A stretch of 62,952 nucleotides of DNA, counting the filler, from Ministeria vibrans ATCC 50519 (lineage: Eukaryota > Protista > Filasterea), in NCBI GenBank assembly GCA_943704425.1. It is 13 parts of 13 records of this genome, joined end to end, with 100 filler letters (N's around TTAATTAATTAA, not from the genome) between each part and the next. Parts side by side here need not be neighbours in the genome. Positions count along the whole stretch, not along the records: positions 48,459 to 52,729 come from CALSCP010000244.1; positions 52,830 to 55,448 come from CALSCP010002853.1; positions 55,549 to 57,054 come from CALSCP010001489.1; positions 57,155 to 59,590 come from CALSCP010002030.1; 9 more parts are not named here. One strand, written 5' to 3'. The notes beneath the pieces were generated by a model. That model made no database searches and was not told the DNA's origin. It was given only the letters and a program-made list of their open reading frames with translations. Positions 48,471-59,690 of this stretch are shown here, one piece after another (position 1 is the first letter of the stretch; the number at the start of each line of letters is the position of its first letter). Both the position numbers and the translations under genes were made by a program.

Positions 48471-50079
48471 GTTTATGGTCCATCAACTAAATGACATTGT
48501 TGTCAGCGACTATTCCATGGTTCTCTTTTACGCCGGCATGACTAACGAGAACCGTCCGTCTATTGCGTGGTTTCGCAGCGTCTACAGAGTCCTCGACAGA
48601 AAGTACGCACCTCCCCCCCTGGCGCCAAGTGGGCGCACTCACGATGAATGCGCCTCTCACTCTTTCTCTCTTGACAGATTTAAGAAAAACTTGAAAAATT
48701 TATACATTGTGCACCCCACGACGGGTGTACGAGTGCTGTTGGGTCTGATGCGACCATTCATCAGTGGCAAGTTCTGGCGCAAACTGGTCTACATCCATGC
48801 GCTGTCCATGCTCGACAGTGTTGTTCACGCCGACCAGCTGTCCATCCCCATTGCCGTGCGCGACCACGACCGCACACTGCACCCAGTCAATGTTGCGAAA
48901 TCAGTGACCATGCCACCACTAGCAACAGCGGCGCCACCACAGAAGGGATTGGTGTTTGGTGTTGCACTGAGAGTAATAAGAGTGCTTTTCGTTCCAATGA
49001 ACCACACTCCATCTCACACCTTTCTTAGGAATCCGCCACTGAAGCAGAACCTGTGCCGTGGCTCATTCGCGAATGTGCCGACCGTCTTCTCTCCATCGGT
49101 ACGCAGTGCTCTTGACTCCTATCCATCGACACACAGACACACACACACAAAGACACACACACACACACAGAGAGACCGTGCACAAGATTCTAACACTCGC
49201 TCAAACACTCCAGGACTTCAAGTGGAGGGAGTGTTTCGTCGCTCGGCAAGCAATGCAGCAATGAAGGCCATCAAGGCGCGTCTCGATGCGGGCGAGAAGG
49301 TCTCCTTTGCCAGCGAGCGTGCTGATGCGCATCTCTGCGCTGTCATGATCAAAATGTATTTGCGCGAACTGCCCGAACCACTGTTGACATTTGAGTTGTT
49401 TGAACCCATCAACAGTGCCATCGAACGTAAGAAAGATACTCAATAACGATTTTTCTCTGGCTGTCTGTTTGCGTTTGTTGACACACCCGTGCACAGAGAC
49501 GCTTACGGAAGAAAACACGCGCGAGCTGCTGAGTCGATTGCCGCGTTGCCACTACGCTACGCTGACGTATATATTTGCACTGTTGCGCACCATTGCAACA
49601 CATTCGGTATAGTTATGATTCAAATGGAGGAAATACCCGCGTCCCGACTGAATCCGTGGGGTTTATTGTAGGCGGTGAATTTGATGACCGAGTCCAACAT
49701 GGCCGTTGTGATCGGGCCTAACATCCTGTGGTCACGCGACACAGCTGTCTCCTTTGCCAGCATTTCCAATGTCAATGTCTTTTCCCGCTTCCTTTTGGAG
49801 CACTTTGAAGCACTCTTTGGCACAGATGCAGTTCCCTCGAACATGCAAGCAGTAGCAGCAGCACCGGCAGCAGCCACGCCCGCACCAGTCGAGGAGCAGA
49901 AGGAAGCCGACCGGGAAGAGGCAACGACAGAGACCGCGATGGACAGCGACAGGCCGACTGAGACAGAGCCTGAATCGATGTCGGGCGAGCTGTCCGTGTC
50001 TGCCGAGGAATCAGCATTGCTCCATGGTGCAGCACATTCATCGACTCGCTCGCGACCAGCGTCGACAAACGATCACTAA
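48471..50079 (+). CDS. ARHGAP1: BCH/CRAL-TRIO + RhoGAP protein (ARHGAP1/8, p50RhoGAP type); 5' truncated
   Basis: NRPSIAWF..Y..LDR|FKKNLKNLYIVHPT..ISGKFWRKLVY; EGVFRRS, KMYLRELPEPLLT, NLMT..NMAVVIGPNIL. Confidence 0.9.
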
Positions 50080-50169
50080 CAACAATGCAATACACTCTCA
50101 CTCTCAACTCATCATCATCATCACATACACCCACCACGATCACCACCACCAAGCAGATACCTTCTTTCA

Positions 50170-51814
50170 TCATCGCACGCGTGTGCCATCAATGCACACG
50201 GAGGGCAATCGTGTAGGACACTCGGAAGACCCTTGCGTGTACACCAGACGCCAACCGGTGCGTTCTTCAAGCTGGCGTGCCGTCAAAGCGAGTGCCTCGA
50301 GTGACAATGACTCTGTGTTGAGCGCAATGACCGAGTCAACAAGACCCGTCAGCATCGCGTGCATATACTGGCTCTTCCACGGCGTCTGGTGTGTCATGCC
50401 CGGATTGTTGTTCACTTCGATGAAATATGGGCGAAGGTGTGTGTCAAACATGAAATCGAGACCGTACAGCTGGAAGGTGCCTGGTGTATGCTCGACGCGG
50501 GGCTGCAACAGCCGCATGAGAACCCGCGCAACATGCGTCGAGAACGACTTGAAACGTCGGTCGACCGTGTCGCTGTTGTGACCGTCGCGACGCACAGCCG
50601 AGAGGAAGCGATCCCAGGAGAGCAGATGATCGTCACGCGACTGGTTATACAATGCGCCCAGTGTTGTCTCTTGCACATGCGTGTTGGTGAGCTGTCCCGC
50701 CGGTCGAGGATCGGTTGCGGGCAGAAGTGCTCGGCGGATGTAGCCCTCATAGACTAGGCCAATGAGCGGGCGTGTGCGAGCGACCAACAGGTACGAGCGG
50801 ATGTCCATTTTGTGGCCGTTAAGAAGAAGGGGCTCCTTCAAGTAGTGCTGGACGAGGTAGGAGACAAGCGATGCGCCTGGGGCAGCAGAATGATCGCGAA
50901 TTTCGTCCGCAGACAGCAGGTGTCGGTGGAACACGATAGGAACGGTATTTCGCTGGAAGGTCGATGATGCAGGGGACGCCGACGACGTACCGTTGTTGTG
51001 GGCTATGCTACCAGCGCAGTAGTCGCGAACGAGAGCCGAGAGGAGAGGCGACGAGCTGTCCACAATGCGAATGCCTTCGCCTGCCATCCCACCTGACGGC
51101 TTTACGATGATCTGCTCGTTGCGCGTGGCGGCGTGTGAGATCAATTGGCGCAGGTCGTGACACGCCGTCTGGCTTTCCTCTTCGGAATTTGCTGCACCCG
51201 TGAGTGCTACCGACGACGGCATCAGTTGCAGATCGTCCAATGAGCATCCCTCTGAGGACGCCAATGCAGCGAGTTCGCGCACAAGCGTCACTTTGGAGGC
51301 GCCCAGCGTCTGCCCGCCCACGACACGATTGACAAACACATGTTGTGGCACGCGAATGCCCAAGCCTCGATCGTCGTTTTGCATGGTCCATCGCAATCGC
51401 TGAAGCCAATGCAGCCCGCGCCGTGTCGTGAAGACCATGTCGGCACCCAGTGGGTCGTCAGTGTAGCTGGGGAATGTACGGAAAGACAAGATAATAAAAT
51501 AATAATATTATAAACATTTTGTTCCTTCATGCGCGTTCGACTGACCTCCAATTACGTGCGAGCATGGTGTTGGCATACGCAAGGGTTCGCATAGCATCGA
51601 CGAACGCAAATTTGGGGGTACTAAGAGTATTTTCGAGCCAGTCCATGTCGGCTGGCACCGCCGCACATTGTGACACTGATTGAACTTGAAAATCCGTCAC
51701 ACCAAAACCGTCAACCGTATCATTTCCAGCTGTGTGCATGAGAGCCGCCACTGTCAAGTAGAATATGCACAAAAAAAACGCGGATGCGTACGCGACAAGC
51801 CGTTTTTGAATCAT
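50170..51814 (-). CDS. Tubulin-tyrosine-ligase-like ATP-grasp protein with N-terminal hydrophobic anchor; 1 intron
   Basis: IVKPSGGMAGEGI, VQHYLKEPLLLNGHKMDIRSYLLV, LTNTHVQ, FQLYGLDFMFD..PYFIEVNNNP. Confidence 0.88.
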
Positions 51815-51885
51815 TAATAATTGAGAAAGAAAAAAAAATAATAGTGTTATAATATGATTGATTGATAATTATTATTACAATGTTA

Positions 51886-52512
51886 CTATTCGCCTTTGGG
51901 CAGACTGTTGCGCCACGACACATTCCGCTCGTCTGTCTCGGTCATGCGCCCGCCAATGCCACATGTACCGACGCCGACGCGCCCTGATGCACCTTCGGGA
52001 GTCGCAAAAATGCTCTTTTTTCCCTTGCTACTCTTCTTGTTGAACTGCTGCCACTTGTCCTTCACCTGTTCGCGGACCTTTTCCGCCGCTGCCGCCTTCT
52101 CCTTCTTCTTCGTCGACTTTGCGCGCTTGGCCAACTTGGCGGCGGCCACCGAGTCGGCACTAGGACCTTTGACGAGGCGTTTGCTGTCGGGCACTTTAGG
52201 GATGTGTGCGGCGGACGAGCCTACGGCGCGCACATAGTCCATGGCCACCTCGGAGGGCTCCGTCTCGCTCGAGTCGTCAAAGCACACCGTTATGGTGTGC
52301 ATAAGGGTGTTCACGGACGCGACTGTCGCCCGATGGTAGTGGCCATCGACGCTCGAGACGGCCTCACACTTGTCGCCCACTTTGAACGACGGGGATGCGC
52401 GTGATGCCGACGCGGTCGACGTCGTGGTCAACGATGCACCCTCTGCGGCGGCTGGTGCGGCTGTGGAGGACGGCGGGGCGGCGGCTGAGGCGCCGGTTGA
52501 CGCGGACGCAGC

Positions 52513-52551
<39 letters not shown>

Positions 52552-52653
52552 TGCCGCTGCGGCGGAGGGCGCTGCGGCGCTGCTGGCCGACGCTGCGGCC
52601 GACGAAATTTGCTCAATCATTTCTTCAAGGTCTACTTTCAGAGATTTGAGCGC
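51886..52653 (-). CDS. SMNDC1: SPF30/SMNDC1 Tudor splicing factor; 5' truncated
   Basis: LKVDLEEMIE, FKVGDKCEA..DGHYH.ATV, KWQQFNKK, KKSIFATPEG..GRVGVGTCG. Confidence 0.92.
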
Positions 52654-52687
52654 CTACAGCGTATGTGGCCAAAGACGTGAGCCACTT

Positions 52688-52729
<42 letters not shown>

Positions 52730-52983
52730 NNNNNNNNNNNNNNNNNNNNNNNNNNNNNNNNNNNNNNNNNNNNTTAATTAATTAANNNNNNNNNNNNNNN
52801 NNNNNNNNNNNNNNNNNNNNNNNNNNNNNGGGGGTTCACACATGGCAATCAATAAAATTAATACTATTATTGTTGTTGTTTTAAGAATACTGATCAGATC
52901 AGCGTGTATAATAGTCAATTATTTTCCTTCTCTCTCATTTTTATTCGATTTTTTCTCTCTCACTCCCTCTCACTCGCATCCCT

Positions 52984-55448
52984 CTAGTAGGCCTGCTCGA
53001 AGGCCGGATTGACGACCTCACCGTCATCAAGTGCAATCATGTCGCCACGGCCCATCTTACGGAAGAGGTCTGTGTCAAAGCTCGCCTCGGCATCGGGCGA
53101 GAAAACAGACGAACTGGCGTTCTGAGGTGAAGTAAACGTGGGGGTCACAGGTGCAGCATTGTAGTGGGGGGTGCCGGCAGACGCACTATACGGGTTGCTG
53201 GTGGGCTCAAGCTCAACGGTCATGTCGGAAGTGCGCGCGTGGTACTTGCCGCCTGTTGCGCCGTTGCGACGACGCACAACAAACACAATGAGTAGGAAGA
53301 GAAGTACCGCGCCCACAAGACCAAAGAAAACGCCCAGACCCACCGCAACGCTGTCCGTGCCACCGTTGTTACCGCTTGAAGCAGCGGCCACTGTCGACGA
53401 CGACACGACGGGAATGGTGCCGACAGTCGCGCTCGTGCCCTGGTTGGACAGGGACGTTCCCGACGCCTGTGTAAGAGAGTTGTCAATCGCTCCTGAGACG
53501 CTCGTCGTGTGAGACGTGACCACCGCACTGCCCGGTGTAATCGCATCAATGACTGTCTGGTTGGTGAAAATCTTCTGGTCTGCCGGCAGGCCATTGTTCA
53601 CCGTGTCCGTCACGTCCTGCTGCAGCTTGCCATCGGGCATGGCGTACAGCTGCTCGACTGTCGAGCCCAAAGTAATGTCCACAGTCGTGTATGAGTACGA
53701 CTCCTTCACCACCGTCGCACAGGTGACTCCAGAGTAGCCATTGGGACACGCGCAAGTGAAGCTGTTGATGCCATCCGTGCATGTGCCAAAGCCACAGGGG
53801 CTGGACACACACTCGTCAATGTTGGTCGCACACTGTGCGTCTGTGTATCCTGCAGGACAAGTGCACACAAAGCCATTGACGTTGTTTGCACACGTGCCGC
53901 GCACGCACGGCGACGAAGCACACTCGTCAATGTCTGACTCGCAAAGGGGGCCCGTCCGGCCCGCGGCACACACACACGCAACTTGGTTCACCCCGTCCGT
54001 ACACGTACCACTGTTTCGACACGGTGAAGAGGCGCAATCATCAATGTTAGTTGCACATGTAGCATCGGTGAAGCCCGCGGCGCAAGTGCATGTATAGCCT
54101 ATAGCAATATCAATGCATGAGGCGCCATTGTGGCACGGTGACGATGTGCACTCATCCACTTTCGTCCCGCAATCAACAGAGGTGAATCCAGCGGTACACG
54201 TGCAAACAAAGCTGTTCACACCATCAGTGCAGCTACCTCCATTTTGGCAAGTCGTCCTGGCGCACTCATCGATGTTCTCGTCGCACTGAGCGCCCGTATA
54301 CCCAGCCATGCAAACACAGACAAAGCCATTGACTTGATCGCTGCACGAACCGCCGTTTTGGCAGGGGGTACTTGTACACTCGTCAATGTTGGTCGCACAC
54401 TGCACGTCTGTGTAGCCCGCAGAACAAGTGCACACAAAGCCATTGACGCTGTTGGCGCACGTACCACGCACACACGGCGATGAGGCACACTCGTCAATGT
54501 CTGACTCGCAGAGGAAGCCCGTGTAGCCCGCAGCACAGACACATGAGTACTGGTTCACCCCGTCGGTGCAAGATCCGCCGTTTTGGCACGGTGCCGATGC
54601 GCAATCGTCGATGTTCTCGTCGCATTGGGTGCCCGTATAGCCGACAGAGCAAACGCAGACAAAGCCATTGCCTCCATTCACACAGGTGCCTCCGTTCAAG
54701 CAGGGCATACTGCTGCACAAAGAAGTGGACGCTGCCGTGGTAGCAGCAGGCGCAACAACAACCAACGAGGAGGCGGCAGGAGGAGGAGCTGCCATCGAAG
54801 ACATGGCCGGCGGAGCGACAACAGCCGCGGAGGACATGGCCGGCGGTGCGACAACAGCCGCAGAGGACATGGCCGGCGGTGCGACAACAGCCGCAGAGGA
54901 CATGGCCGGCGGAGCAACAACAGCCGCAGAGGACATGGCCGGCGGTGCAACAACAGCCGCAGAGGACATGGCCGGCGGTGCGACAACAGCCGCAGAGGAC
55001 ATGGCCGGCGGAGCAACAACAGCCGCAGACGACATGGCCGGCGGTGCGACAACAGGCATCGAGGACATGGCCGGCGGTGCGACAACAGGCATCGAGGACA
55101 TGGCCGGCGGTGCGACAACAGCCGCAGAGGACATGGCCGGCGGAGCAACAACAGCCGCGGAGGACATGGCCGGCGGTGCAACAACAGCCGCAGAGGACAT
55201 GGCCGGCGGAGCAACAACAGCCGCAGACGACATGGCCGGCGGTGCGACAACAGGCATCGAGGACATGGCCGGCGGTGCAACAACAGCCGCAGAGGACATG
55301 GCCGGCGGTGCGACAACAGGCATCGAAGACATGGCCGGCGGTGCAACAACAGCCGCAGAGGACATGGCCGGCGGTGCAACAACAGCCGCAGAGGACATGG
55401 CCGGCGGAGCAACAACAGCCGCAGACGACATGGCCGGCGGAGCAACAA
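52984..55448 (-). CDS. Type I membrane protein: mucin-like repeat, 9 EGF repeats, SEA-like domain, TM and tail; 5' truncated
   Basis: Nine EGF units, mostly calcium-binding type (IDEC..PC.NGG.C); TPGSAVV; TM VAVGLGVFFGLVGAVLLFLLIVFVV-RRR. Confidence 0.92.
54795..55448. repeat. 33-bp coding tandem repeat, about 20 units (MSSAAVVAPPA / MSSMPVVAPPA)
   Basis: Contiguous GACATGGCCGGCGG.GC.ACAAC.. units without spacers. Confidence 0.97.
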
Positions 55449-55560
55449 NNNNNNNNNNNNNNNNNNNNNNNNNNNNNNNNNNNNNNNNNNNNTTAATTAA
55501 TTAANNNNNNNNNNNNNNNNNNNNNNNNNNNNNNNNNNNNNNNNNNNNGGATGGCAACAT

Positions 55561-55593
<33 letters not shown>

Positions 55594-56102
55594 GGGGAGG
55601 GGGGAGCTCATGTCAGGCTTGATCGTTGAGCTTACCATGCTGACAACTGGACGAGACCAAAGAGAGTTGAAGGACACGCGAAAGAGAGAAGAGAGAGAGA
55701 AAAGGGTCAGAAAAAAAATCGTGTCAAAGAAGCAACAGAGAGACAAGGTGAAGAGGCGACTGTGGCGCCATGTGAGAGCAACGGCAAAGAGAGAACACGC
55801 GAGGCGGGCGGCGGCGCTGGTCCGGCGCTGCGTCCAGTGGGGTCGCAGAAGGATTGTGAAAAAAAAAAAAAAAAAAAANNNNNNNNNNGCTTAGAGCGAT
55901 CTGGAGCGACGAGAGGAGGTAGCACGTCTGGCGCGACTGGGAGATAGTGTCGAAGCGTGCAAGGAAAAGCGCCATTCGCAGGGTGAAACGCAGCGCAAGG
56001 GTCCCGCAAATGAGGGTGTGCAGCAAGAAAGCGCGGACGTGGGCGAGCCGAGAAGGACCGCGTGGATTTAATCCACAAGGAGAAAAATGGCCAATCTGAC
56101 GG

Positions 56103-56147
<45 letters not shown>

Positions 56148-56572
56148 GAAAGACGCAGGCGTAAGGCAGCACTGCTGATGCCACAGCGCCCCGTTGCACA
56201 GAAGAGCTTGAGAGCGAGCAGGCAAGCGCGTCTGGCGTAAGGAGGGCTGTGGAATGGGAGTGTGGGGCGACGACGGGCCGACAGACACACCAATCCACAC
56301 ACACACACACACACACACACACAAGCACACACGAGCACACACATGGCAACAGTACCTGTAAGAGGCGAGAAAAAAAAAGATCGATCAAATGACAAATGAT
56401 ACTATGTTCACTGTCTCTGATACTCAAATCAAAGGCCAAAGGTAAAAGCAAAAAACTAAAAAGTTCTTTTCCGACTCTTCTCGACCTGTTATCCACGGTC
56501 GGCGGCTAGTTACTCGGAGACGTGTGGACCCCTCTCCTGGACCAGTGCGTCTGAACCTTTCTCTCAGCTGCC

Positions 56573-56856
56573 ATGGTGGTAAGTTTTGCTCTGGCCGCTT
56601 ACGCTCCCTTGCGCTTCTAACACCCATCGTTGTATCTGCAGCACAAAACTAGCGTGATTGAAGAAAATGGTATGTGACATTGTCGTTTTATATGTTCTTC
56701 TTACGAAACACTGAGCGTCGTTTTTTTTCGTTTTTCTCTCTGTCTCTCCGCTTCTCTCTGGTTAGCTCATGCCGACGGCATATGGGGGGTGTGTTGGGCG
56801 ACGGGCGATGAAATTGTCACGGCGTCGGCCGACGATGAAGTCAAAGTGTGGCAGTG
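56573..56856 (+). CDS. WDR61: WDR61/Ski8 WD40 protein, first three exons
   Basis: MV|HKTSVIEEN|AHADGIWGVCWATGDEIVTASADDEVKVW resembles WDR61 AHDDAIWSVAW..VVTGSLDDLVKVW. Confidence 0.75.
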
Positions 56857-56903
56857 GTAAGAGCAAGAGCGATTGTGAGGTCGGGCAGCGCTCAATCTGT
56901 CTC

Positions 56904-57054
<151 letters not shown>

Positions 57055-57239
57055 NNNNNNNNNNNNNNNNNNNNNNNNNNNNNNNNNNNNNNNNNNNNTT
57101 AATTAATTAANNNNNNNNNNNNNNNNNNNNNNNNNNNNNNNNNNNNNNNNNNNNAAAAAAAAAAACAGAAACGAGTCAGAAGGGAGAGCAAAGGGGATAG
57201 GGGAGCGGGGGAGATGGGGGAGTGTGTGGATGGGCGTAC

Positions 57240-57391
57240 CGACGAGGGTGACGGCCCAGGGCAGCAGTTGCATTCCGACGACACTGTAGATAAACCAGGA
57301 GTTCTCCCAGGGCCAGTGCTTGCGCGTGAACTTGGTTGGGGTGGTGAAGAAGCCGCTGGTGGACGAGGAGGGGGGTTAGCAAGGAAGCGCC

Positions 57392-57462
<71 letters not shown>

Positions 57463-57646
57463 CCGACCCCGACTCGGCCGCCTTCCTCGTTCATCTCGGC
57501 CGTGCCTTTATTCTCGACGAGAGAGAGAGAGAACGGTACTTGATGAAACCGCCAATGGTACACATTGCAATGCCAATGATCGTGTCCCGGCATGTGGGCG
57601 TCATGGCGACCCCGCTGGACAGCGTGTCCCATAGGCGCTCGTACAT
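57240..57646 (-). CDS. RhaT-family (L-rhamnose/H+ symporter, DMT superfamily) transporter, 5' exons
   Basis: Spliced IIGIAMCTIGGFIN|GFFTTPTKFTRKHWPWENSWFIYSVVGMQLLPW matches the RhaT motif G.F..P.K....W.WE..W.......LPW. Confidence 0.72.
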
Positions 57647-57907
57647 GAACAGTCAATAGACAATCGTATAATAATTATTATAATGACTTATGATTATAAT
57701 CTTCTTATCTTGTCATCAAAATTACTTCATTATCGTCTTATAGTAAAACACTTCTCGAGATTTCAATTTTTGGGAAGATTTCGCACGCGCGCACAAGAAA
57801 AACGGATGCGTAAGTCAACTCATAACGCACTCACTCATTGACTCATAGTGTTAATAATAAAGTGTAGTGAAAAAAACGAACAGGACAGAGTAAAGTTTAT
57901 TTTTTTA

Positions 57908-59028
57908 TCAACCAACAAGCATTTTGGCACCATCATCAATAAAGGTATACTCGGGAACCTCGAGATTGAGCGGAGCAGGACCCTAAACATGTCAAACCAA
58001 AGACACATGGGAAGAAAATGTTAACCCTAACTCACAACTTGTTTTTGTTTTTGTTTTTTACCTTTCGAATGCGACCGCTGGTGTCATAATGGGAACCATG
58101 GCACGGGCAGAAGTAGCCACCATACTAAAAAGATAAAAAAAACAAAACTTGAGAGTTAGGATTGGGGGTCGGTTAGGACTTAAGTCAGTGTGTTGCGTAC
58201 GTCACCCTCGTGGGAAATGGGGACACATCCCAAATGAGTGCATACGCCCAGAACCACAAGCCACTTTGCATCGCCCTTGATTCGCATGTCGTCACTTTCG
58301 GGGTCGCGAAGAGAGTTTTTGTCGACCTATGGAAAAAAAAAACGTTAGTTCAGACCATCTTTGCTACTTTTTTCCTTTTTTTGTATACCTTTCGAGCGGC
58401 TTGAATCTCTGCAGAGGTGCGGTGGCGCACAAAGAGGGGCTTTCCACGCCACTTCATGACCAGATTTTTTCCTTCGTCAATCTTAGTCAGATCAATTTCA
58501 GCCTAAACATAGAGAGAGAGAGAGAGGGTGAATACAGAATTGGGTTGGGAGTGATTGAAGGTACCTTCGACATGGCGAGGACATCCTGAGAGGCACTCAT
58601 GGTCTTGACGAAACCCATGACGAGGGATTTGGCAGTGCTTGCGGCGAGCACGCCTGCACCGCCAATCATGACGTAGGAGAAGGCGCGGCGGGTGGGGTCG
58701 CCCTTGAGCTCGCCACGACGCTCGTGCGTGTACGCGGAGAAGTCGGGGACCTTCAAGTCCGTGTGCACAAGACGGATCTGTCGTGTGCCTGAAGGAAGAG
58801 AGAGAAGGGAAAAGGAAAAAAGAGTGAGAGACAGAGAGAAAGAAGGTAAAAAAAACGCAAAGTGATACAGTTGTGTGTATGAGTGTGAGAGAGAAATGAG
58901 AGAGGAGCAGAGAGACACAAAAGTGACAAAGAGAGAAAGAGAAAAAGAACAATAAGTTAATTAGCTCTCTTGTTGATGCATCTGACACAACCACCCACCG
59001 AGGCGCGCACACCACGAGAAAATGAACA

Positions 59029-59064
<36 letters not shown>

Positions 59065-59211
59065 AGGGGGAATTTTGATCGAGATGATTAGAATTTGCAC
59101 CTGTGAGTGAGGTTGAGAGGGACGGCGATGCGCCGCTGGGCAGCATCGAGGCCTCGGTGCGCCTGACAAGCGGCGTGGGTGCAATCTGCGCCACTTTCGG
59201 AACAGACGCAG
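57908..59211 (-). CDS. UQCRFS1: Cytochrome bc1 Rieske Fe-S protein; first exon(s) beyond gap
   Basis: [74 protein letters not shown]. Confidence 0.98.
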
Positions 59212-59690
59212 CTGAAAGGAGAGAGAGAGAAAGAGAGAGAGAGAGAGTGTGAGATCAGTTTGAAAGATTGAAAAAAAAAAGAATGAAAAATCGGCTGAAA
59301 AAAAAATCGACAAGAAGTAAACGAAGTAATATTGATGGAAAAACAAGGCATATGCAAGGAGGAAGGGCAGGGCGAAGAGCGCAAGGGAAACGGTGGCGAT
59401 TTAAAGGAGAAATCAGCGGAAGAGAGTGAGAGCGGATGGAACGCCTGTTCGGCTCGCAAACGGGTTTAGCAGCGCAGCCTGCGCCCCAAAATGCCATCAG
59501 CAGCATGGAAAGCACTTGTGGCACTGCTTTCTGTGTCGCATGCGTCTCATTGATGCGAAGCGAAGAATTTTTTTTTTTTTTTTTTTTTTTNNNNNNNNNN
59601 NNNNNNNNNNNNNNNNNNNNNNNNNNNNNNNNNNTTAATTAATTAANNNNNNNNNNNNNNNNNNNNNNNNNNNNNNNNNNNNNNNNNNNN

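Noticed and set aside
54795-55448. 33-bp repeats as a CRISPR array
   Set aside because: Contiguous units without unique spacers, in frame within a eukaryotic membrane protein, no cas genes
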